The position numbers were made by a program, and so were the translations under genes. From an uncultured delta proteobacterium (GTDB taxonomy: Bacteria; Myxococcota_A; Polyangia; Polyangiales; Polyangiaceae): 64,000 nt of DNA. The stretch is taken from contig CAVOKF010000007.1 in the NCBI GenBank assembly GCA_963696385.1, positions 960,001-1,024,000 of the forward strand. Direction: 5' to 3'. The notes beneath the pieces were generated by a model. It worked only from the letters and a program-made list of their open reading frames with translations. It searched no databases and was not told where the DNA came from. Positions 23,638 to 33,772 of the stretch are shown here, one piece after another (within the stretch, counting starts at the first letter, position 1; each line of letters begins with the position of its first letter).

Positions 23638-25131
23638 TCATGGCGACGGATCGGCCGTAAGTCGCACGATGACCGGGCTGTCGCCGACCCGGATGTCCTT
23701 CGTTTCGCTCCGATACCCGGCCAACGTAACGGTGATCTGGTGCACGCGGGACGGATCCGCGTCCGCGTAGAGCACGTCGCACGGCGTGCCGCTGCAGATC
23801 GAGACGCCGTTCTCTTTGATGGTCGCGCCGTCGGGATCCGTGCTGATCCGAACCTTTACGATCGAATCGGACGGCGGCGGGGGCGAGGCCGGCGAGGCCG
23901 CGCTGACGCTCGGCATCGCCGCGGTCACAGGAGCGGAGGGGGACAGGCCCCAGGAAGAATGGTTCAGGCGAAGCGCGGCGACTGTGCCCATGCTCCCGAG
24001 CGCAAGGGCGGCAACGAGACCGGTTGCCAGCGCCCTCTTCGATCGCTTCGGAACGGACTGTTGCCAAGCGAGCACGGATCCGGTGCCCGGCGACGCGGTC
24101 GGAATGGGGGCCGAGGTCGACGTGGAACTCGTCTCACCCGCGCTCGGACGCGAATCGCTCGGACTGCTTTCGAGCGCGGCTCGAATGGGACCGGGCGCCG
24201 GGTTCGCTTCCAGAGGGGCTTCGCTCAGGCGCTTGACCTGTTTCAGGCCCGCGAGAAGCTCGTCCATGGATCGAAACCGCTCATCGGGATCCTTGGACAG
24301 ACACCTCTGAATGACCGCCTCGAGCGCCGGAGAGAACTGCGCCCGAGGATTGACCTCGCGCATGGGGGGCGGCGGCTCATGCACGTGAGCCATGAGAATG
24401 TGAACGCTGCTCGGGCGATCAAAAGGCACTTTGCCCGTGACCATCTCGTAGAGAATGACCCCCAGGGCGTAGACGTCGGTGCGCGTGTCGACGCGCTCGC
24501 CACGAACCTGCTCGGGCGCCATGTACTTGGGGCTACCCATGAAGAGGCCCGCTTGAGTGAGCTCCTCGGACGGCGCGTCGGACACCTGCTTGACCAGACC
24601 GAAGTCGAGGACTTTGACGAAGTCGGGCTCGTCGCCGTGTTCCACCAGGTAAATGTTCGCTGGTTTGAGGTCGCGGTGAATGACACCCATCGCATGCGCT
24701 TCGCGCAGGGCGCGACAAATCTGACGCGCGATATGGGCGACGCGATCTTCGGGCATGGACCCGGATTGACGGATCGCCCGGTGGAGCGTCTGTCCATCCA
24801 GGTATTCCATCGCCATGTAGTAGATGTGGTCGTCCGTTCGGCCGTAATCGAAGATCGTCACCGTGTTCGGGTGGGTGAGCTTCGATGCGGTGCTCGCCTC
24901 GAGGAAGAACCGTTTATGAAATTCCGGATCCTGGCTGTCGGCGTAATTCGGGTTAAGAACTTTGATAGCGCAGACGCGGCCGAGCGGAGCTTGTTCGGCG
25001 CGGTACACGCGCCCCATCCCGCCGCGCGCGATGAGCCCAGTGATCCTGAAGCGATCGCAGATCACGCGCCCCACGAACGGGTCTTGGACCGGTGGGCCTT
25101 TGGGCGGTAGTGCCGATGCGCCGTCGCTCAT
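23638..25131 (-). CDS. Membrane-anchored Hanks-type Ser/Thr protein kinase with C-terminal PEGA-like domain
   Basis: GGMGRVY, AIKVL, HRDLKPAN, DFGLVK and GSPKYMAPEQ, then a TM and a STDPDGATI...GTPC segment. Confidence 0.94.
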   Translation of the reverse strand: MSDGASALPPKGPPVQDPFVGRVICDRFRITGLIARGGMGRVYRAEQAPLGRVCAIKVLNPNYADSQDPEFHKRFFLEASTASKLTHPNTVTIFDYGRTDDHIYYMAMEYLDGQTLHRAIRQSGSMPEDRVAHIARQICRALREAHAMGVIHRDLKPANIYLVEHGDEPDFVKVLDFGLVKQVSDAPSEELTQAGLFMGSPKYMAPEQVRGERVDTRTDVYALGVILYEMVTGKVPFDRPSSVHILMAHVHEPPPPMREVNPRAQFSPALEAVIQRCLSKDPDERFRSMDELLAGLKQVKRLSEAPLEANPAPGPIRAALESSPSDSRPSAGETSSTSTSAPIPTASPGTGSVLAWQQSVPKRSKRALATGLVAALALGSMGTVAALRLNHSSWGLSPSAPVTAAMPSVSAASPASPPPPSDSIVKVRISTDPDGATIKENGVSICSGTPCDVLYADADPSRVHQITVTLAGYRSETKDIRVGDSPVIVRLTADPSP

Positions 25132-25194
25132 TCGAGACGCTCCACAAGGTAGCGGCCGTCGGAGGTTAAGACTCCAAAAGGCCCAGCAGACTTC

Positions 25195-25224
25195 AGTTTG
25201 GCCCCTCGGCGGCGCGTGTGTCAA
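25195..25224 (-). promoter_or_regulatory. Putative sigma70-type promoter of kinase gene
   Basis: Minus strand TTGACA-N18-CAAACT. Confidence 0.45.
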
Positions 25225-25337
25225 CGCGGCACGACGCCCGCGACCGGGCCTCGCTCACCGGACAGGGACGACGGCCGCTCCCACCGACCCCGCAAACACC
25301 ACATCGTAAGCCTGAATCCATGTAACCTAGCCGCCGC

Positions 25338-26213
25338 ATGATCCCGACCTCCAGAGCCCACCTATCCGCCCTCCGCGCGCGTCTCCACACCGTGATCCCC
25401 GGCGGCGTCGCCGTGGCTTTCGCCTCGGTGTGCGCGATCGTCCTCCTAGTGGGGACGCAAGCGCAAGCGGCGGGCAACTTCGTCCTCAAGACTCCCTCCG
25501 TCGACGAGAAAAACGGGGAGTGGCACGTCAAAGTGCGAATCGACTTGCCGCGTGCTCCTCCGATGATGCACACGCCGATGCGCTTCACCTTCTCGAAGGA
25601 AGCGGTCGACGAACGGGCCATCATGAAAAAAGGGGCGGAGCCGGAGCATCACCGGGTGGTGCTCGACACGGTCACCAAGCAGATCGAGTCGATGGACGTC
25701 GACTTCGCCGACCCCGCCGGCAAGGTGTTCCGGTCCACGTACTTCGAGTTCGATTTGGCCAGAAAGGACGGCTACTTCGAGGCGGGTGAATACCTCGTGA
25801 CCCTCGCAAGCCCCGACGGCGACGTGGGAGGGGCCCAGAAGCTCACGCTCAAGGGCGACAATCCGCCGGTGTTTCGCGGGGCGATGGATTTCAGCGCCGA
25901 CTCCAAGGCCAGCAAGCAAAAGGGCCCACGGATTCAGGCCGTCAGCAGCGGACTGGACGGGGGGTCGCAGGAGGTCGCCGAAAACGACGCGCCGGCGGCG
26001 GCTCCGACGTCGACCGAAGTTGCCGCCGAGGGACCCGCGCCTAGCATGGTCCCCCAAACCGCCTACGACAAATCGGCCGAAGAGTCGTTGCAGGAGCACC
26101 CGAAGGGATGCGGGTGCGTCGCCGCTGGGCTCAAGGGTCCGAGCCGATCCGGTGGAGCGGCCCTCGCGCTCGGGGTCGGCTTGTTGCTTGCGCGGCGTCG
26201 TCGGTCGTCGTAG
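25338..26213 (+). CDS. Exported protein with MYXO-CTERM sorting signal
   Basis: Signal peptide (AQA cleavage). C-terminus KGCGCVAAG...AALALGVGLLLARRRRSS. Confidence 0.82.
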   Translation: MIPTSRAHLSALRARLHTVIPGGVAVAFASVCAIVLLVGTQAQAAGNFVLKTPSVDEKNGEWHVKVRIDLPRAPPMMHTPMRFTFSKEAVDERAIMKKGAEPEHHRVVLDTVTKQIESMDVDFADPAGKVFRSTYFEFDLARKDGYFEAGEYLVTLASPDGDVGGAQKLTLKGDNPPVFRGAMDFSADSKASKQKGPRIQAVSSGLDGGSQEVAENDAPAAAPTSTEVAAEGPAPSMVPQTAYDKSAEESLQEHPKGCGCVAAGLKGPSRSGGAALALGVGLLLARRRRSS

Positions 26214-26230
26214 CGCATCCGTCGAAACGC

Positions 26231-27325
26231 ATGACCCCCGACGAAGCCATCGCGCAAGCGAAGAACGGGCGACTGGCGCCGGTCTACGTCATCGCGGGCG
26301 ACGAGCAGACGATGCGCGACGAAGTCGTCGATGCGCTTCGCCGCGCGGCGCTCGGCGAAGGCGTGCCGGCGTTCAACGAGGACAAGTTCACCGCCGGTGA
26401 GGTGGACGCGGCAACGGTCATCTCGGCAGCACGCACCGTGCCGATGATGGCGAACCGCCGGTTCGTCCTCGTCCGGGGTGCCGAGCGATGGGACGGAGCC
26501 GATTCGAGCTCGCCCTTCGATGCCATCGCGGAGTACGCCGCCGCCCCAGTGGACTCCACGTGCCTCGTCATCGTGGCCGCCAAGATCGACGGCCGACGGA
26601 GACTCGTCCAGACGGCTCGCAAGCTCGGTTTTTTCGTCGCGTGCGATCCCCTCGATGCGAGAGCGTTATCGGGCTGGATTGCCCAGCGATGCGCGGCCAA
26701 GGGGCACCCGATCGACCGAGACGTCGCTGAGCTGCTCGCGGCGCTCACGGGACCCGACCTCGCATCGGTCGACGACGCGCTCGAACGTCTGTCTTTGTAC
26801 GTCGGCGTCCATCGACCGATCGACGCCTCGGCGGTCGGCGTATGCGTCGCCCGCGTTCGCGCGGAGGACACCTGGGCGCTGGTTGACGCCGTCGGATCCC
26901 GTGACCTGGGCCGCGCCTTGCGGACGTTGGCCGACGCGTATGATCCGCGAGAACGGGGCCTGCCGCTTCTCGGCGCGCTGGCCTGGTCGGTGCGGCAGCT
27001 GGCGCGGTACCAGGCCGCCCTGGCGTCAGGTGCCTCCGCGGACGACGCGGCCCGGCGCGCGGGCATCTTCCAGCCGCACCGCGCCCGGGAGCTGTCGACG
27101 CGATCTCGGTCAGTTCGCCCGAAAGAGGTCGAACGCTGGATCCTCGTGCTCGCCGAGACGGATTTCGCCTTGAAGAGCTCTCGCCGGCCGGCGGACGCCA
27201 TTCTGGAGGAGATGCTCACGCGACTCTGCCGTGCCGACACCCGGACCGCTCGATCCGCATCCAACGCGTCCGGGGGAGCCCCTTCGCGAACCGACCGATT
27301 TGACGGGGCGGCCCGGCGCCCTTAG
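26231..27325 (+). CDS. holA: DNA polymerase III subunit delta
   Basis: LAPVYVIAGDE, FNEDKF, ARTVPMMANRRFVLV, ETDFALKSS. Confidence 0.92.
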   Translation: MTPDEAIAQAKNGRLAPVYVIAGDEQTMRDEVVDALRRAALGEGVPAFNEDKFTAGEVDAATVISAARTVPMMANRRFVLVRGAERWDGADSSSPFDAIAEYAAAPVDSTCLVIVAAKIDGRRRLVQTARKLGFFVACDPLDARALSGWIAQRCAAKGHPIDRDVAELLAALTGPDLASVDDALERLSLYVGVHRPIDASAVGVCVARVRAEDTWALVDAVGSRDLGRALRTLADAYDPRERGLPLLGALAWSVRQLARYQAALASGASADDAARRAGIFQPHRARELSTRSRSVRPKEVERWILVLAETDFALKSSRRPADAILEEMLTRLCRADTRTARSASNASGGAPSRTDRFDGAARRP

Positions 27326-27399
27326 GTTCTTCCTGGGTCGCGCGGCGAGGCGCCCGGCGCTCACCCCAACGACCCTCGAAAACGCTTACGGAGATTGAG

Positions 27400-28080
27400 A
27401 TGCACGTCCCCAAGCGGGCGATCCGGCCTCAAAGCTCAGTGACCACGTGTCTCGCTGAGGCGAAGATTCCGACACGATACGGTGAATTCGTCTGCCACGT
27501 CTTTCGAGGCGCGCATGTCTCGGCCGCCAACGCCGTGCCGCTGCCGCAAGACCACCTGGCGTGGATTTTCGGCGACGTTCGTGACCGCACCGGTGTCCCG
27601 GTGCGAGTGCACTCCGAGTGCATCACGAGCGAGGTCTTCGGGTCGCTCAAGTGCGACTGCAAAGAGCAGCTCGATGCGGCCATGGCCGCCGTGGTCCGAG
27701 CCGGCGCCGGCGCGGTGCTCTACCTTCGACAAGAAGGGCGCGGAATCGGGCTGGCCAACAAGATCCGCGCCTACGCGCTGCAGTCCGACGGACACGACAC
27801 CGTCGACGCGAACCGTCTTCTCGGGCTCCCCGACGACGCTCGACTGTACGACATCGCACGCGACATGCTCGAGCACCTCGGCGTGGCGAGCGTCCGGCTC
27901 CTTACGAACAACCCGGCCAAGGTGGCGGCGCTGCGTGACCTCGGGGTTCACGTCGTCGGGCGAACGCCCATCGTCGTCGCCCCGAACCCGCACTCCGCCT
28001 CCTATCTCGAAGCGAAACGGTTACGGATGCAACACGACCTGCCGGTCGAGTTGCGCGCCGCCGGCGCAGACGCCGAGTGA
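27400..28080 (+). CDS. ribA: GTP cyclohydrolase II
   Basis: VRVHSECITSEVFGSLKCDC, YLRQEGRGIGLANKIRAY, LLTNNPAK. Confidence 0.96.
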   Translation: MHVPKRAIRPQSSVTTCLAEAKIPTRYGEFVCHVFRGAHVSAANAVPLPQDHLAWIFGDVRDRTGVPVRVHSECITSEVFGSLKCDCKEQLDAAMAAVVRAGAGAVLYLRQEGRGIGLANKIRAYALQSDGHDTVDANRLLGLPDDARLYDIARDMLEHLGVASVRLLTNNPAKVAALRDLGVHVVGRTPIVVAPNPHSASYLEAKRLRMQHDLPVELRAAGADAE

Positions 28081-28104
28081 CGGCGCGTCAGAGGTCCTCT
28101 GCGG

Positions 28105-30235
28105 ATGCGAATCGCTCTCACCCACAATCTTCGCGTGGCCGACTCGGAAGAGGAAGCCGAGTTCGATTCCCCGGAGACCATTCATGCCATCGAGCGCGCT
28201 CTCGCGCGGTCCGGGCACCGGGTCGAGCCATTTGACGTCACCGGCCCGGCCTCGCTGCTCGTAACCCGACTGGAGGCGTTCGCTCCGGACATCGTGTTCA
28301 ACCTGGCCGAAGGGCACCGGGGTAAAACTCGCCGGGCTTTCTTTCCCGCCCTCTTCGAAGAACTCGGCATTCCTTCCACGGGTAGCGACGCGTACACGCT
28401 CTGCGTCACCTTGGACAAGGCCCTCACGAAAAAGCAGCTCGCCGGCTGGGGCGTGCCCAGCCCGCGCGGGCGATTCATTTCCGCGCTCCATACTGAAAAA
28501 CGGCGGCCTCGACGAACTGACGTTCCCGGTCATCGTCAAACCGAACTTCGAGGGATCGAGCAAAGGGATCGCGCAAGACAACGTGGTCGAGGACCCCATC
28601 GAACTCGGCCGGGTCCTCGACGAACTGCTCACCCAATATCCCGACGGCGCGCTCGTCGAGCGTTATATCCCCGGCATCGACGTGCGGATCGTTCACGTCG
28701 AGGGACTCCCGCCGCTGCCGGCCGTGGAGATGGTGATCGATCCGAATTACCCGCGACGTCACGACATCATCGACTACCGGCTGGCCAACGTCGAAACGGG
28801 TGCCATCCAACGACGCGTCCCGGCGCGTCTCGCTCCGGGAATCGCCGAGCGTCTGCGTGACCTGACCGACCGCGCGCTTTCCGCGTTCGCCCTGCGCGAC
28901 GTGGCGGCCTTGGACTTCCGCGTCGGAGCGGACGGGAGTGTGTGGTTTCTCAGTGCAACGGCCATCCCGAGTTTCGCGCAAGACGGCGCCCTTTTCGCCG
29001 CGACCGCCTCGGTGGGCGCCAACCGAGACGCGACCGTGCTCGCGGTCTTGCGCTCGGCGGTCGTTCGACGGGGCCTCACGTCGTTGCTCGATGGAACGCG
29101 GACGAGGGCGACGCGCGTACGCCGCACGAGCCTGCGCGTCGGCTTGGCCTACAACATGAAGCGCATCGACTCGCACGGCGGCGACGATCGCGAGGCCGAA
29201 TACGATGGCCCGGAGACCATCCATGCAGTGACGGCGGCCATCGAGAGCCACGGACATGTGGTCGTGCCGCTCGAAGCGACGCCTGAGTTCCCACGCGCGC
29301 TGATGTCCTCCAACGTCGACGTCGTCTTCAACATCGCCGAGGGAATGGTCGGCCGCAGCCGCGAAGCCCAGGTGCCGAGCCTCTGCGAACTGCTCCGGGT
29401 ACCGTATACCGGCAGCGACTCCGCGACTCTGTCCATTTGCCTCGACAAGTCGCTCGCGAAGCGGCTCCTCGTGGACGTGGATACCCCGGCGTTTCAAGTG
29501 TTGGTGACGGGCCGCGAAAAAATCCGCGCCTTACGCTATCCCGTCATCGTCAAACCGAATCAAGAGGGCACGAGCAAAGGCATTACGCCGAAAAGCGTGT
29601 GTGACGACGAAGCGTCCGTGCGCGAGGTGGCACGAGAGATCATCGACCGCTACGGGCAGCCCGCTCTGGTGGAGGAGTACGTGTTCGGGCGCGAGCTGAC
29701 CGTGGGCTTGCTCGGCGAGCGTCGACCCCGGGTGCTGCCTCCGATGGAGGTCGTGTTTTTGAACGCCGGGAACCGGCCCGTGTACGACTACCAATGCAAG
29801 CAGCAGTGGCAAGCACACGTGCGCTACGAGTGCCCCGCGAAGCTCACCAAGGACGAGCTTCGCGCGGTCGAGCGGGCATCGCGCGCCACGTTCGTGGCCC
29901 TGGGCTGCCAGGACGTCGCGCGTGTCGATCTGCGCCTCACCCCCGAGGGACGCATCTATGTCATCGAGGTCAACCCGCTTCCCGGCCTAACGCCGGATTA
30001 CAGCGATCTTTGCCTTATCGCGAACGGCGCAAAAATCGAATATCGGACCCTCATCGGCGAGATCCTGAGCGGAGCCATCAAGCGTTGGCACGCACGCAAC
30101 CGCCCGGCCGATCGTGCGGACGACGTGGGCGACGTGCCGGGCCCCACCGTGCAGACGGCGGCCGCGGTGCCAATCGGTCCGGCACCGTCTGCAACCGCTC
30201 CCCGCCCTGCGCTTCCGATCGGGCAACCGGACTGA
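28105..30235 (+). pseudogene. Tandem two-domain D-Ala-D-Ala ligase-like ATP-grasp protein, frameshifted near 28485 (true pseudogene or sequencing error)
   Basis: ORF 28105 gives FNLAEG, TGSD and DKALTK. After RFISA the homology continues in the frame of ORF 28583 (SILKNGGLDELTFPVIVKPNFEGSSKGI). A second complete domain follows (FNIAEG, YTGSD, VKPNQEGTSKGI, ARVD, IEVNPLPGL). Confidence 0.82.
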
Positions 30236-30277
30236 AGCTGTGCCGGACGACGTCGAGGGGTGCATCGAGGGTCGCCC

Positions 30278-32461
30278 ATGAAGCATCGATGTTGGGTGGG
30301 ATGCATTCTGCTCGGGTCGTCGTGGGTCGTGGGCGCGCAGGCACAGCCACGTCCCGCCGCCGACTCCGCATCGGTCGCGGCATCCTCTCGGCCGGCAAAT
30401 ACCTTGCGCGGGCGTGTCGGGACCGACTTGGCCGCTCGATTGATGCGTTCGACCGATCCCAATGAGCGGCTCCGCGGGGTCGAGCGCGCCGCAGGACTGC
30501 ATGCACCCGAAGCCCTCGCCCTTCTGGAACGCATCACCGCCAGCGCGAGTTCCGGCGGTCTCGACCCGCGGCTGCCCCCCGAGGGGCTGGCGCGGAGCGA
30601 CTCGCGTGCCCTCCTGGCGGCCGTGCGGGGTTTGGCGGCCTGGACGGATCGCGAGTCGGCGCAGGCGGCGCTCGCCGGCATCGTCGCCGCGCCCCTCGCC
30701 TCATTGCTGGTCCGCGCCGAGTCGGGCAGCGACGCGATCGAGGGCGGGATGCCGGGGTTTCCTTCGGTCGTGGACGAAGCCGTCGGACCCGCACGCGTCG
30801 AGCTTGCCCGGGACGAAGCCGCCATCGCGCTCGCGCGCTCCGGAAGAGCGGCCGCCATCGATGCGCTGATCGCGATTGCGCGCGGCAGCAGCAGAGGACA
30901 GCGAGCGGCTCTCGACGCCCTCGCGGTCGAGCCGCCCGCCGCGGCCGTCGCGCTCAACGGTGTGGCCCTGACGACTCCGGGGATGATCGCTCTCGCCGCC
31001 CGAATCGCCGACTTGCGAACCCTGGACGCGATGGTCGGTCTCGTGCACTCGAGCGATCCGTTGCTGCGGAGCGCCGCCGTGTCGGCCCTGGCCGTCGCCG
31101 GAGATGCGCGCGACCTCGAAGTGGCACGCGCTGCGGCACAGGATCCCGATCCGCGCGTGCGCGTCGCGGCCGCCGATGCGCTCGTTCGATTGAATGCGGC
31201 CGACGCGGAAAAAAACGTGGTCGCGCTCGTGGCCGACGATGCGACCGCACTCGACGGACTGCGATTGACCCAGGACATCCAGGGCGACGATGTCACCAAA
31301 GCCGCGGCCGCTCGTGCGATGGCATCGGCGGACACCGCGATCCGCGCCGCGGCGGTGGTGGCACTCGGCCGCCAAACCTCGACCTCGGCGGTGGGCGTGC
31401 TCCAAACGCTCCTCTCCGACCCGCTGGCCGGCGGCGACGCAGCGTGCGCTCTGGCCCATTCGCCGAGCCGATCGGCGATGGGCGCGATCGAGGCCTCGGC
31501 GCGGAGCGCCCTCACACGCCGGCTCGCCGCACGCGCCTATTTCGTCCGCCGATACGTGCGCGGAGAGCGCAGCGCGCCGATGGATGACCTTCTGTCGGCA
31601 CTCGCGCGTTCTGCCGATGCGGGCGACCGAGTGGTGGGCGGGCAGTTTCGCTTTGCGTTCGGGCTCACGACGGTCGACGAGGCGCTCGCCGACCCGGATC
31701 CGCGCGTGCGTCGCGCGATCGCCATGAGCGTCTCGGCCCGTCGCGACGACGGATCCGCAACGGCGCTCCTCGCGCGAATGAATCGTGAGGTCGACGATGG
31801 CACGCGTACCATCCTCGCGGGGGGGCTCATCGAAGGAGATCCCCTCGCGATCGTTGCCACTTCCACCCTTTTCGAACGGGCGCGAGCCGGAGGCCCCGAC
31901 GCGCCCCTCGCAGCGATGGCGCTCGGCCAGCGTGCGGGCAGCGCGCCCGCGGGGTGGATCGAGACGCTCGTCGGATCCCCAGACCCCGTGGTTCGGGCAC
32001 ACGCAGCACGCGGCCTCGGCCGAAGTCGAACGTGGGATGCGACCGCACGGCTCGTGCAAGCCTTCGCTTGGGAGACCCAGGCCGAAGTCCGCCGAGCCAT
32101 CGTCGCCGCACTGGTCGCGGGCGACGACGGCCGCGACGCGCAAGGTTCGCGGCAGACGATCGATCTCGCGGCCACCCTGGATCCGGACCCGGGGGTGCGG
32201 TGGCTGGCGAGCCACGATCGATCGTACGGCAAGATCGTCAACGGGGAGCCGGGACGCGAGGTGGCTTGGATCCGACTCGTTGCCGCGTACCAAGCGGAGC
32301 TCCCATCCAACGCGATCGCACTGTGGGTCGGGAGCGACGGCACCGCGATCCCGATCGCATTCGACGACGACGGATACGCGCTCGTGCCCGGTGTTCCGGC
32401 GGGGGAGTCACGGTTACGGCTTGCGCCGCGGCTACCGGCATATTCTCCTCCAAGTCCATGA
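30278..32461 (+). CDS. Exported HEAT-repeat protein
   Basis: Signal peptide and repeated DPDPRVRxAAAxAL / SSDPLLRSAAVSAL motifs. Confidence 0.8.
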   Translation: MKHRCWVGCILLGSSWVVGAQAQPRPAADSASVAASSRPANTLRGRVGTDLAARLMRSTDPNERLRGVERAAGLHAPEALALLERITASASSGGLDPRLPPEGLARSDSRALLAAVRGLAAWTDRESAQAALAGIVAAPLASLLVRAESGSDAIEGGMPGFPSVVDEAVGPARVELARDEAAIALARSGRAAAIDALIAIARGSSRGQRAALDALAVEPPAAAVALNGVALTTPGMIALAARIADLRTLDAMVGLVHSSDPLLRSAAVSALAVAGDARDLEVARAAAQDPDPRVRVAAADALVRLNAADAEKNVVALVADDATALDGLRLTQDIQGDDVTKAAAARAMASADTAIRAAAVVALGRQTSTSAVGVLQTLLSDPLAGGDAACALAHSPSRSAMGAIEASARSALTRRLAARAYFVRRYVRGERSAPMDDLLSALARSADAGDRVVGGQFRFAFGLTTVDEALADPDPRVRRAIAMSVSARRDDGSATALLARMNREVDDGTRTILAGGLIEGDPLAIVATSTLFERARAGGPDAPLAAMALGQRAGSAPAGWIETLVGSPDPVVRAHAARGLGRSRTWDATARLVQAFAWETQAEVRRAIVAALVAGDDGRDAQGSRQTIDLAATLDPDPGVRWLASHDRSYGKIVNGEPGREVAWIRLVAAYQAELPSNAIALWVGSDGTAIPIAFDDDGYALVPGVPAGESRLRLAPRLPAYSPPSP

Positions 32462-32787
32462 ACCGCCGCCCACCCGAGCCTTCGCCCGATCCGTCCGAGC
32501 CCTCGTTCGAGGCCGCGATCAAGCGACTGACGGAAATCGTCCAGACGCTCGAACGGGGCGAGCTCGCGCTGGAAGAATCGCTCCGACTCTTCGAGGAAGG
32601 CGTCAAGCTCTCACGCCTGTCGCAGCTCCGCCTGGACGCAGCGGAAAAGCGCGTCGAGCAGTTGCTCGCCGTGGATGAACAGGGGCGCGCCCGAACGTCG
32701 CCGTTCACCACGGACGCACAAGACGACGAAGATGGCGGCGGGCGCCCCGTCGTCGACGAAGGTCAACGTCCGATCGCGCCGCGATAG
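32458..32787 (+). CDS. xseB: Exodeoxyribonuclease VII small subunit
   Basis: SFEAAIKRLTEIVQTLERGELALEESLRLFEEGVKL; ATGA overlap with the upstream gene. Confidence 0.95.
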   Translation: MNRRPPEPSPDPSEPSFEAAIKRLTEIVQTLERGELALEESLRLFEEGVKLSRLSQLRLDAAEKRVEQLLAVDEQGRARTSPFTTDAQDDEDGGGRPVVDEGQRPIAPR

Positions 32788-33713
32788 ACCCAGCCCTCGC
32801 TGGTGTATCCGTCTCCGTATTTGACGGGCCACCAACCGTCTTTGGGGGACCCGATCCGAAGGGTGGTGCCGCGCTGCAAGCGCGCGATGACCTTGCCGGT
32901 CTTCGGCGAGTCTCGGACGATCGCCACCTCCCATTCCACCTGAGCGGTTCGTGGATCGGAATCGGGCGGGACCTCCTGAACGGCGGAGGGGATGACGGCG
33001 GCGGGCGAAGCCGGCGCACTGCCCGTGAACGCAACCGCGTAGGCGACCGAATACTTCGGGTGTTCGTGGGAAATCCCGGCAATGCGTACCCCCGCAAGGT
33101 CGCTCCGCGCGCATCCGAGCCATGCATCGGCGGATGAAATCGGATGCGAGCGGCTGAGCTCGGTCGTGAAGGTCTCCCGGGCGAAGTCGACGGTGAGCAC
33201 GAGATGCAACTTGCCCGCCGCCCCCGAGGCCTCTGGACAACTCGAGAGCCGGCGGAGGCGCGGCATCACGACGGCGTCCAGCCCCGACAGACCGCCGCAG
33301 TCGGCCCCCTTGAGGGATTCGTTCTGCGCCGTCTTGCAGCCGATCACGTAGCCTCGCAGCACCGTGGCTTCGGTCGGGCTCGCCTCCGGCACCGGCTGCG
33401 TCACAGCCCCTGACAAAGAGGAGGCCCCGCCCCCAGCCGAGGCCACGTCCGCAGGTGCACCCGCGCTGCCGCTCGCCGATGCGGCGGGGGTCGATTCGAT
33501 CGGTCCGCTCGAGGCCGAAGGAGACGCGGGGACACTCGGACCCAGTCGAACGCCGGCGATGCGGGGCCACGCCAGGCCGACGACGAAACCGATCGCCGCG
33601 ATGACGCCCACCTTGGTCCACGAGGGATGGTCGGCCTGCGCGCTGGGGACCTGAACCGTGGGCCGATCATCGGCGTTCGCGGGACGAAGGGCCATCGACG
33701 TACGGATTACCAT
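32763..33713 (-). CDS. Membrane-anchored protein with C-terminal bacterial SH3 domain
   Basis: TM (VGVIAAIGFVVGLAW) and C-terminal AIVRDSPKTGKVIARLQRG...GWWPVKY...GWVY. Start uncertain (33713 or 33695). Confidence 0.72.
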   Translation of the reverse strand: MVIRTSMALRPANADDRPTVQVPSAQADHPSWTKVGVIAAIGFVVGLAWPRIAGVRLGPSVPASPSASSGPIESTPAASASGSAGAPADVASAGGGASSLSGAVTQPVPEASPTEATVLRGYVIGCKTAQNESLKGADCGGLSGLDAVVMPRLRRLSSCPEASGAAGKLHLVLTVDFARETFTTELSRSHPISSADAWLGCARSDLAGVRIAGISHEHPKYSVAYAVAFTGSAPASPAAVIPSAVQEVPPDSDPRTAQVEWEVAIVRDSPKTGKVIARLQRGTTLRIGSPKDGWWPVKYGDGYTSEGWVYRGAIGR

Positions 33714-33772
33714 ACGAGGTCCGCAACACGCGAAAAGGCTGCGAGCGGCAGCCCGCGAACTCGAGTTCCCGA

